The translations under genes and the position numbers were made by a program. Shown piece by piece: positions 14,109-25,974 of a stretch of DNA of 64,000 nt. This DNA is from Salpingoeca rosetta. Taxonomy: Eukaryota; Protista; Choanoflagellata. The DNA lies in contig JAWQFM010000032.1 in NCBI GenBank assembly GCA_033442325.1, forward strand, positions 6,379 through 70,378, in the 5' to 3' direction. A model generated the notes under the pieces. It saw only the letters and a program-made list of their open reading frames with translations. It was not told the DNA's origin and ran no database searches. Within the stretch, counting starts at the first letter, position 1. Every line of letters starts with the position of its first letter.

Positions 14109-16040
14109 ATGTGTGTAGCGTGTGTGTGTATGTGTGTGTGCGCGGTGCGCGTGAGAATGAGGATGATGGACGACAGTGCACAGCATGAGTTGGAGCGTGA
14201 GGGTGTATACGATACTAGATGTTTGTAGAGTCTGCCTAGCGAGGCATAAGGGTGAGCGTCGCACCGTGCTGCTCATTGTAAGTGATGAAGTCGTACGTGG
14301 GCGACGTGCAGATTGAGCACGATGCGAGAAAGTGACTGGATGTAGATACGGAGGGCTCGGATCGTAATTTGGTAGCCGTTGTTGTCGCGTGACGAAGAAG
14401 CAGTGCGGTAGGTCGATTCGTACACATTAGATCAGTCACATGGCAGCTAGCACAAGTCAAACTCGATCAGNNNNNNNNNNNNNNNNNNNNNNNNNNNNNN
14501 NNNNNNNNNNNNNNNNNNNNNNNNNNNNNNNNNNNNNNNNNNNNNNNNNNNNNNNNNNNNNNNNNNNNNNGTGTGCATGGCCCTGAGTCGTGCTGCATGT
14601 GTTCGGTGGTGTGCTCCGCCGCCAGTTGTTCTTGTTTCCCGTCTGACTCCCCCGTCCCCCCTCCCATTGTTTCCCTGTACCTCCCTCTCCTTCCTTTTAT
14701 TGTCTGCTTCAGTCGGCAAAGATCCACGGCGTGACTGCGCCTGCGAGCCCGGTGAAGATTGTGCGGGCGTTTGTTTGTGCAGGTGATTGGCACCCCCGCA
14801 GCCGCCGTCAACGAGCCCCACTGCCAGGGCATGTACACAGCCTCATGGTGCGTGGGTTGTGTTGTGTGTGATTTATGTGATGTGTGTGTGTGTGTGTTTG
14901 CTGCCTCGAAGATGCGCGACTGTCGTGTACTTCGTGTACTTTCCCATCCTCTTCCTCCTCCTTCCTCTCCTCATTCTCACGCCCTCGTGTCGTTTCCTCT
15001 CGTAGAACATGCAGGATTCGCCTGCCCACGGTGTGGTGGAGCAGTTGATGCAGGATCCCGAGGTGCACGCCGTGTGCAGCGCGCTGTTGAGGCGCTTGGC
15101 TCGTCCGCATAGTCGCCATGTTGTGATGTGTCGTGTCAACTTGTGCACAAGTTGGACGAATGGCTGAATGTCTGTCGATTCCTCTGTCACATTCCTCTTG
15201 TTTCCCTTTCTTGCTCTCTTCCCTTCTCTTCTTCTTCTTCTCTTCTCTTCTCTTCTCTTCTCTTCTTCCCTTCCTTCACTCTCCCTCTCGCCTGCTTGCT
15301 TGCTTGCTTATGTCACGCCCTTCCTGTGCTTGCCTGTTGTTTTCATTGTATGGCCCTGTGTACGGCTGAACACGTTCTTGGTGTGTTTGGTGGATGTGTG
15401 CTGCTGCTGCTGCTGTGTGTGGTTGATTCTGGCTTGTAACTGGAGGGTGCTGTTTTGATGTGCAGAGGGGCTGGCTGTTGTTTGGTTGGCTTGGCTTCAT
15501 GTTGCGTGTGGGCACTGCTGTGCGTGTGGATGTGTGTTGGACTGGGAGCGTTGTTTGTGGGTTGTGTGGCGGACCTGTTCTTTCCTCAGTAAATGGCTCG
15601 ATGAAAATGATGAGACCCGCTTGACGGTGGTGATGGTGGAGCGGCGGTGATGTTTGTGGTGTTGCTGTGGCTACAGACATTGGTGTGTTGTACCAACCAG
15701 GCAAGGCCAAACGAGGAGGGCGGGGCTGTTGTTCCTTTCGGCGACAAAGCGAGTCGGGTTGTTTTGCTGGCTGGCTGGAGGCACTTCATCCTGTTTGTTT
15801 GTTCTCGAAGAGATTGTTGACGAACATCTTCCACGGAAGCGCTGGTGTGCGGATAACCTCTGTAAGGTTTTGCGAATCGTCCAATGGCCGAGTCGCAAAA
15901 CAACAACACACAAAACAAACAAAGAAGAAGGAAAACAAACAAAGCAGCGCGTTGAGTTGTCGTCCTCCATTTTGTCGTCGTCTTCCCACTCACGAGCACG
16001 TCACAACAAGCCACAAGGAGAAAGACGACGCGCCATCGCC

Positions 16041-19000
16041 ATGTCCGGCGGAGACAACAGAGCGAGGGAGGAGGTGGAGGCGTTGCTGGCGCAGACGAAG
16101 GTGACGGATTGGGTGAAGAACCGGATCAGGGCCATCGCCAACAACACGTGTGGGGAGATAGCAGAGTGAGTGCAAAGGCAACCAAAACGACATGCATGTT
16201 GGAACATGCATGCATGTGGTGGAGAGAAGGACACTTCTTGTGGTTGTGCTTGTGCTTATTCTCCCTCTCTCTCTCTCTGCTTGGCTTGTCCTTGTGTTGC
16301 AATGAGCTTGGTGTGGCTTGCTGTTGGGTGTTCACGTGTGCGTGTCCTGTCCCCTCGCACCGCCCGGACACACTGTGTGTGTTTGTGACAGGTTGTGACT
16401 GGCACCCTCATGTTTTTGCTCTGTGTATCCTCAGTCTTCTTGCTCATTTCATGACATACCATTTGAAATTGCAGCTTGGGTCGTGATGGCCTCGGCGACA
16501 TTGGGGCGCGTGCGGTGGCCGAGGCGCTCAAGGACAACACCTGCCTCAAAGGACTCGCGTGCGTGGTGATGATGAATCTGCATCGTGTGACATGCATGGT
16601 TGATTGGGATGGCGGTGTTGCACGTTGCGCCCCTTTCCTCCCCTGCTTGCGCATGTTTGGACGTGTGTTCACCGTCGCTCCCTGCGGTTCTTGTGTGCCT
16701 GCACAGCCTGTGGGACAATTCCATCGGCGATGAGGGCGCTGTGGCGTTGGCGGAGATGCTGAAGCACAACACGACCCTCACAGGACTCGAGTGAGTGTGT
16801 ACACACACACACACATGCACATGTATGCTGCGTCACTGCCGTTGCACCTTATCATGTGCACATGTGTATGGGTGCAACGACTGTGTTGTCACCCACATGA
16901 ATCATCATCACGCACTCACTCACTCACTCTTCCTCACCCATGTGGCATCATCCCTCTGCGTGGCATCATACCGTCTTGACAGCCTGTGGCGCAATTCCAT
17001 CGGCCCTGAGGGCGCTGTGGCGTTGGCGGAGATGCTGAAGCACAACACGGCCCTCGAACAGCTCTTGTGAGTTTGAACACACACGCATGCACGAAGGCAC
17101 CCGCTTTGAGCATGTGTGCATGTGGTTGTGCACGTCTGCAGCAGGCGCGCTGGCTGTTTGCCACCCCATGTGCTCGCCGCCCCCATCCCTCCTGCTCACC
17201 ACCGCGTATGCTGTCACTGACCTCCCACTCCTCACTCCTCTCTCTTGTGTGTACACAGCCTGATGAGCAACCGCATCGGTCCTGAGGGCGCTGCGGCGTT
17301 GGCGGAGATGCTGAAGCACAACACGACCCTCGAAGAACTCTAGTGAGTGTGGACACGCACACATGCACATGTATGCTGCGTCACTGCCTGTTGCACCTTT
17401 ATCATGTGCACATGTGTGGATTGATGACTGTGTTGCCACCCACAACAATCATCATCACGCACTCACTCACTCTTCCTCACCCATGTGGCATCATCCCCCC
17501 GCGTGGCTTCCACCATACCGTCTTGACAGCCTGAACAACAACTCCATGGGCGATGAGGGCGCTGTGGCGTTGGCGGAGATGCTGAAGCACAACACGACCA
17601 TGACATGGCTCGAGTGAGTGTGGACACGCACACATGCACATGTATGCTGCGTCACTGCGGTTGCACCTTATCACGTGCACATGTGCCCATGTGTGGATTG
17701 ATGACTGTGTTGCCACCCACAGCAATCATCATCACGCTCTTCCTCACCCATGTGGCATCATCGCCCTGTGTGGCATCCACCATACCGTCTTGACAGCCTG
17801 AACAACAACTCCATCGGCGATAAGGGCGCCGTGGCGTTGGCGGAGATGCTGAAGCACAACACGACCCTCGAAGAACTCTAGTGAGTGTGGACACGCACAC
17901 ATGCACATGTATGCTGCGTCACTGCGGTTGCACGTTATCATGCGCTCATGTGTGGTTGATGACTGTGTTGCCACCCACAACAATCATCACTCGCGCACTC
18001 AATCACACTTCCTCATCCATGTGGCATCATCGCCCTGCGTGGCATTCACCATACCGTCTTGACAGCCTGTACAACAACCGCATCGGCGATGAGGGCGCTG
18101 TGGCGTTGGCGGAGATGCTAAAGCACAACACGGCCCTCGAAGAACTCTAGTGAGTGGAAGCTCCTCTTTGCAATGTGTGTCTTTAGGCGCTTCTTCTGCA
18201 ATACCCATGTGCAGATCAAGGCACCGCAAGCCACCCACGATGTCTGTGCGACTTGCTTGTTTGTCCAACCAACAAATGCTTCCATCCTTCATATGTGCCA
18301 CAAGTGCTGTCACATCCTGTGCAACTGGCATTTTCCCCCTTTGCTTCCGCCATTGTGACTTCAATGTCGTAGGACCTGATGTGCGAGCGAGTACACGTGC
18401 ACGTGATCCATCTGCAACCCACTTTCATCCATGACACTGACACGTGTTGCTTGCCCACCCGTTCCCCTGCTCTTCCAACATGCATTTCTTGCCACTTGCA
18501 GCTTGGATAACAACTCCATCACCCCGGTTGGCGGTGCGGCGCTGGGTGCCGCACTGGACGAAAACCGCACGCTGTCTCGGCTTGAGTACGTCGATTGCGT
18601 TGCGCCTGCCTCATGAACGCCTGTGTCCTGTTGTGGATTTGTGTGACCAATCGCCACTCTTTTGAGTGCACGTCACACTGTGTGTTTTCCTCTTTACTTG
18701 CTTGTATTTCTCCACAACCCTAACCACCAACCCTCCTGACCCACACACCGCACTTGCTGCCTGTTCCCAACCACACGCTACCACCACGTGTCCTCGTTCA
18801 GCATCGAGAAGAACTCCACCGCCACCGCCCGCGCCTTTGGTGCCGCGCTGCCCGTCGACCGCGTGCTCGATACAGGCAACTGGTCAGTCCACGTGTGCTT
18901 CCCCTTCCTGTCATGCGCTTTCTCTCTTCTCTTAACCCTTTTTTCTCACGTGCTGCGTTCTGGTTGCGTCTCATCTCGTGTGCGCACAGGTTCGGCGACG

Positions 19001-20367
19001 ATGAGCGCAACGTCTTCAACGAAGCACGTGAGAAGAAGCAACATAAGCAAGTGTTTGCCGGCTTCAAGACTGGCACCGCTTCAGCTGTCGCCACCTTCTT
19101 TCACCAAGATCACGCAGATGCCAAGCAACAAGACAAACAGGTGTGCATGTGTGTGCTTCGGCGATTTGTTCGTTTGCAAAGTCTTTGAGTCACACACATG
19201 TTTTCACCACGTCTGTTCTGTTGCATCTCGCGCCCAGGTTACTTCCCCTTCAACCCAACATGCCAGCGTCTCCCAGCCCACGCCCTCAAGCCCAGCACTT
19301 GTGTCAACATCCTCAGCTCCCCAATGTCCCCCTGGCAGTGCACCTCGCCTTCTGACGACGGGCATGTTCAGCCTGAAGTCTCCTGCGTCTCTCGCAGACG
19401 TACAGAGTCAATACGATGAATTGTGCGAGGTTTCACTCAAGTACACACAAGTACTGTGCAGCTGCCTGAAGGCCCTCCCGCCCCACGAAGCCATGTGGCC
19501 TCTTGATGATCCACGCCACACTACCCCGGATGTGGCCGTGCTTCGCCAGGCTGAAGCGGACCATCTGGCCTGCCTCAGCAAGTTCGACGAGCTGTTGAAA
19601 ATGTGAGTTCGCCATGTTCATCATCTCCATGGTGTGCCTCATGGTTTGACTGCACATACCCTTGTTGGCCTCGTTGTTGGCTCACGATAGATTGACTTCG
19701 TTTCTTGTGCCCCATTCTTGTTTCCAGTCCCTCCTCGATTGCTCCACACCAGTGCTGGGAGAGTCCATCTGATTTCTTTACGAGTTTGGCCGAGGGGTCG
19801 GTGTTCCCTCAGGCACACCTGACTCGAGAAGGAAAAGCAGCTGCCCTTGTCGCCAGATGCACACCTGGTTGTGATGATGTTGAGTTCGTGATTGCCTCTT
19901 CAGAAGACGAGGTACGTGATGTTGCCTCTGTTGTAACCCTTGAGAGACGCCACTGGACATTGTGCAATAGTTGATTTCACATGTTTTAACATAACATCAC
20001 GTCACCGCTTCTCCGTTCTTGTCCTGGACACTTTCACTTGCAGCTTGCTCCCTGGACAGCAAAACTCCTCGCACAGTTCAAGAAAACGCAAGCAGCTGCG
20101 GTGTGTGCATGTACTGGTTGGTGAAAGGACTTGGTTGTTTCGCGTGCATTGCCGCAGTTGTGTTGTGCTGTTTACACGTGAGAGTTGTATCCGTCGCATG
20201 TGTTGCGCTCATCCGTGACCCTGCTGGTTGGTGTTCAGACACCCGCCAACTTCATCGCCAAATGCAAGGAAGGCGATCCGCGCGGCGCTTACAGGGTGCT
20301 CGAAGCAAGCAACTTCAGCCAGGAGATCGTGCACGCAACCGACACCAACGTGCGTTGTTGGGCCTGT

Positions 20368-20402
<35 letters not shown>

Positions 20403-23400
20403 CTTGTGCGCGGGTGCCACAACGTAAACACCACGGCTGTGTTTATCGTGACGTGGTTGTGTGATGCGTCTTACTCATGTGGCCACCTTCAGGGACAATC
20501 TGCTGTTGTTTGTGCGTGCGAGAGTAAGTTGCCACAGCTTGTGTACCTCCTGCTGCTGTTGGGGGCGGATGCCAAGACTGTCAACAACAAGGTGATGCCA
20601 TGCTTGTTATTTGTAATAGTAGTTGAGCTGTGTCCTCGTGTAGTACGCTGTTCAAGAGGGTATTATTCTTGCTCTTTTGTGTGTGTGTGTGTGTGTATGT
20701 GTGTGTTCTTCACGGGTTCACTTGCACCTCTGTTCTGACCTCACCTGCGCAATGCGCTTTGTGGAATGGCGACAGGGCTATGGCGTGAGCGACATCGCGC
20801 ACAGACAGAGCTGGCTCAAAGTCATGGTTGCTCTTGACGATGCCGCTTGGATGGTACGACGACACCTGTATGTTCGCACATGTGCAATGTCGATGCGTGT
20901 TGCTGCTATGTCTCTCACACACTCTCTCGCATCACCTTGGTTCCATTGCAAACTGCATCAGAATCGCTTGGCAACATCCAGGCGGGAACCCGAGATGGTG
21001 AAGCTCTTGGCATCCATCGACAAGCGCACGTGTGGGCCTGAGATCATGTGAGTGCCAAGTCTGCACAAACGTCTGCACCCAAGCCTTGCGAAACCCAGTT
21101 GTCTCCATTCATGGACACACACTGACGACAGAATGTGGTTGTGGCCCCTTTCTTCACACTGCAGGAGAACTGGCTTGACCATGCATCCTGACCCACTTCG
21201 CGTTCTCTGTCAGCGGTTGCACCTGAGCGGCGTTGTCACACGCCTTATGTGAGTGAGTGTGTGTGCGTGTCTGTGCGCGATTGTGTGCTTGTGAGTGTTG
21301 TGTGTGCGTGACAGCGTGTGTGTGCTTGCGTGTGATTGTGTGTGTGAGTGTTGTGCGTGCGTGACAGTGTGTGCGTGTGCGTGAGTGTATGTGTGTGTGT
21401 GTGCGTGCGTGATTGGGTGCCCATCGCCTGGCGTTTGCTCTTTGTGTTTCTGACATGATTTCTCACGACACGTGGCTTCACTCTTCCCAGTCTGGTCGCC
21501 TGTGATCTTGATGACAAGGCCGCGGTTGTGCTCGGACGCCACATGCATCAACTGAATCACCTTCGAGTGCTGAAGTACGCAAGACAATGCCCTTTCCTTG
21601 CTAATTACAGCGTAATGGCCATGCCTGTGCTCTAACCTACACACTACTGCTATCAATACTCAAAGTGCCATCCGCTACCTTTTCTTGCCTCTCCAGTCTC
21701 AGTCACAATGCCATTGGAGATGTTGGAGCGAACGCCCTCTCTGAGCCATTCTTCGGGCAGTGCTGCATCGCCACTCTCGGGTGCGTGGATGTGTTTCAGC
21801 GCTTGCATGCTGTGCTGAGCTTGCTTGCACTTGTGTGTTTGTGCTCACGCCTACCGACACCTTCCCACGCCTCCCCACTCTTGATGTTCGTCCCGCAGGC
21901 TCGACGGAAATCGCATCACAGCTGCTGGTGTGGAGTGTCTGGCAAGGGCGATGGTTGCGAATGAACTCCTCAGCACCATCTCGTGAGTTGTATTGTAAGC
22001 ACACGGCATTTCAGCGCTCTAAAGCTGCATTGAAGCGTGTGGTGTGCCATTTATTCATGTTGCTATTGTTTGTTTGTCTTGTTTGGGATGGCTCAGGTTG
22101 GTGAATAATCCCGTGTCGGAAGAAGGCGTTGGACCCATGGCTGAGGCCGTGGTCGTGAAGCGCCGCTTGCTGGCAGACAGCAGGAAGCGTGTTAAAGTCA
22201 CATTCACCAACGACTTGTAAGTTCGTTTGTGTGCCCCTGTGCATGTGCCTCTTTGCATTCGTCTCTGTGGCTGCTGCTTTCTGCTTCTCATGATTGAGGT
22301 CTTGTGGTTGCGCTTGTCTCGTCATGTTCCCTTTGCTCACTCCTTCGTGTGTACATTGTTTGAACTGCAGTTTTCCCAACGATGGTCTTGATCACGTGTT
22401 TACCCGCACAGAGCACCACGAAGCATTCAATCAGGTTCGTGGCCTTGTAATATCTCGTCAGCACATACATCTGCGCCTTTCTGTTGACTCGTATTTTGGG
22501 GTCTAACCCATTCTCTATTATGTGTGTAATGTGACGCGAATGTGTACAATATGCGTAGAATTTGATTGAAGCTTGCTCTCAAGGCAAAACACGTCAAGCA
22601 GAAGATATGCTTCGACTTGGAGCCAGTGCGAACGCAGGGGTAAGTCGATCAAAGCACGTTCTCTCGCCAGTCTGCATGCAGCCATGCTCGTGTCACCTTG
22701 CACCTCTCACATTGTTGCCCTGTCCCATTTGGTTTTCTCTTGAGCAGTGCAACGTACTTTCCAGGTTTTCTCGCAGCCTGCAAGTTGCTCGGCGCTATGT
22801 CAATGGCACCGCTTCTGTCGTGAGTTTCACTAGGCTCAGGTCTTGTGTTGACGTTGTTCGTTTATGCATCTCACCCTGGCATTGATTCTGGCAATCAATC
22901 ACCTGAAGCGTGCTGTCTCATCATGCTGAAACTTCATCTGTTTGGTGGCAGTTTACGACGGCTTTGCATGCTGCTGTGCGCACCGGAAACTCGATGGCGG
23001 TGCGGCTTCTTTTGTCGCACGGCGCTGATGCGAATGTCATCGATTTGGAGGTTCGGATAGAGTGCCTGCTTTTATTCATATTTCAAGTTGCTGGCGTTGT
23101 GCCATCGCCCTGCATTCCTGACTGACATCTCACACAATATTTTGCCTCCATTTCTCATACACTAGGGCTTGAACCCAGCTCAGGTGGCGCGGCAACTTGG
23201 GCACCGGGAAGTGTTGGATGCGCTCAAAGGATCGAGAGGTTCGTCAACATTGTGTAGCTGTGGACGCCTTTTCATGAACCTGCCGGCGTGCACGTCAAGT
23301 TGTACCTCGACGTCATAAGCTAACAACGGCGTTGACTTGCTTGAATACGCCTTCCACAGACGTTTCTGCTGGTAGGGAGCCAGAGTCTCACCACAAGTAC

Positions 23401-25934
23401 GAGGTTTTCATGAGCTACAGGTTTGTTAAGCGTCACAATCGCTTGTGAGCTTCGAGGTCATTGTCAGCATGACAAATATGCGTTCGTCGAAGCACCTCTT
23501 CACACACGCACGTACGCACACAAACACACACACAAATGCACACGCTCTTAAGACCAGCTGGCTCACTTTTCTCACATGCTCACCACAAACCGATCACAGG
23601 CACACAGGCAACTCCAAGTTCGCATATTTTGTCCACCAATATATGAAGCACACGGATCTCCACGTGTTCATGTCGAGTCAGAAGTCGCCCGTTGCGTGCC
23701 TGATAGCCCTTCAGCACAGCATTGTTGCCTGTCCCGTCGTCTCTGCTGCTGCTCTCCATCAGATGCGTTCGCTCGGCCACACTGACGTGTGTGACAACGT
23801 GCTCTTGCAGTGGATGGCAATGCTTGAGCTGCAACAGCTGGCCCACCAGCACCCAGACAAGATCCACCTTCGACGCATCGTTCCACTTTTCGTTGGCAGC
23901 GGATGGCACGACAGCAGCCACGCCATGAGCAGTGCGGAAGCATGCGAGTACGATTCGTTTGACCGCATGAAGCGACTGGCCGAGTCGCTGTCAGAAGCTG
24001 TCAGCGCGGCCACGGCAGCAGCGCTTGACACGTTCTTTTCACAAGTGCTCCACCTCCCGCCACCACAGCACCACAAGAGCGTGCGCGAAGTAGTGCTGTC
24101 CCTTTTTGACAGTGTTGGTGTCATGTCTTTCTACCAAGACCAACAGCAGCACGATTTAGCAGCAGATGCAGTGAGAATTACAGAGAAGGTGCACCAGGAG
24201 GTCGTATCTGCCATAAGAGATCGGCTGTCATCGCACAGGAAGGGCGCAAGTCGGTTGATGCAGGCAAGAAAGCCAGAGAGAGAGAGAGAGAGAAAGAGAA
24301 AGAGAGAGAGAGAGAGAGAGAATGTGTGTGTGTGTGGTTGTGTGTTGTGAGTTGTGTGTTGTTGTTGTTGTTTTTTTTTTTTTTTTTTTGTTGTTGTTTT
24401 TCTGTACACATTCAAGCGCGGTCCTTCCGTTCAGCTTGGCACTCACCCCGTGTTTCCCCTTTCCTTGATCGCGTGTTCTGCAGTCGTCATCGTCCGTCAA
24501 ACCGACCTCTACCACAGCACTACCTGCAACTCTTCCTTCTTCCTCTTCCTCCTCATCACCATTTGATCACGAACTGACTGCATGGCTCAACCGTCACTCC
24601 CTGCTGCCGCACGTTGAAGCTGCGCTGGTGGAGCACGGCATTGACTCCCTTAGAGTGCTGCTTGCGCTGGTACAAGAGGGCGACGTGACAAAGCAGACGC
24701 TGCGGGAGGCAGGCGTGAAACTTGGCCCCGCCGTGAAGCTGATGCAAGAAGCAAAAGAGCTTACCTCGTAAGGCATCGGCCTTGGCATGCTTTGACCACG
24801 GTGTTGTTCTTCAGTGTGTGCTTGCTGAAGTCCTTCTTCTGATCATTCTTAATGGTTTCATGCGAAGGTCGCCCAAGTTCTTCTGCTCACTTCTGTCGAT
24901 CATGCCTTTGTGAGCGCACGAGTATGGCGCCTGGCTCCTCACATTACCTTGACACTTGCGCTTTGTGAGATGTCTCAGTGAAGACGACTCGACCTCTTCT
25001 GCCAAAGCCGCCTACCAAGAGCAGCTCGATCTCCTGAAGCTGCTTGAAACAGGCTCCGTCCCCCTTGAGACAGCGAAGGTGTTTGTGTGCGGCGATGATG
25101 GCATTGGCAAAAGCACCATGATCAAGTCCCTGCCAGGCAGCCTGTTTCGCCGCTTCACACGCACCATCTTCCAACCAGCAAATGACCCAGACCGCCGAAA
25201 CGAGCGCACGCCCGGCATTCGAGTCTGTGAAATGAAGTTGAAAGACACCACAAGCCAAGGCAACGACGGTGACAACGCTGCGTCTCTTCGCGTGTATGAT
25301 TTTGGCGGGCAGCTCGCATATCACGTCATCCACACGCTGATGATGTCGGATCGCTTCGCTGCCTTTGTCGTCTGTGTCGACCTGTCTGAGCCGAAAGAAC
25401 ATGTGAAGGAGCGCGCCAACTACTGGCTGCAGTTCATCTGCACGCGACTCCAGCAGGGCGTGGCGCCTTCATCATCAGCAGCAGCAGATGGAGACGCGAA
25501 AGACGACGTGAAGCCGCGTGTTCTCATCGTTGGAACGAAGAGGGACCTTGCCTTCAGACGTGGACGAGTGAATGTAAATGGTCAGCCACTGTGGGGTGCG
25601 GGGATGGTCGCGGACCTGAAGAACATGTTTGGCGGCATCGTCAACATCCAAGATACCCTCATCCCCCTCAACTGTCATCAGGGCGGCGAGGCTGGGTTTG
25701 ATGTGCTCCGCTCACAGCTTGCTCAGCATTGGCGGTGGCTGAAAGGGCGAGAGGTGTTGGTGCCAAAAGTGGTGAATGGAGTGGCAGAGGCTGTGAAGGA
25801 AGCAAGGATGCTCAGGGCGATGTGGAGGGCGGGAGATTTGTTGGACTTTGTTCGCGGCAGCGGGAATGGCATCAACCTCGTTTCTGTGATCCAAGAGGAC
25901 ACCTTCCACCAAACACTCAGGCAAGCAGAGAGAG

Positions 25935-25974
<40 letters not shown>

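Noticed and set aside
14200-14470. Compositionally odd sequence next to a gap (possible transposon end or foreign DNA)
   Set aside because: No terminal repeat, target-site duplication or coding similarity is visible. It is more simply low-quality contig-end sequence, like 31850-32250.
16707-18149. Regular repeat/spacer pattern resembling a CRISPR array
   Set aside because: The repeats are 84-nt coding LRR exons with AG/GT borders, the 'spacers' are homologous introns, the context is eukaryotic, and there are no cas genes.
17340-18152. In-frame TAG/TGA stops after LRR units suggesting a pseudogene
   Set aside because: The stops overlap the donor (TA|GTGAGT, GA|GTGAGT) and vanish on splicing.
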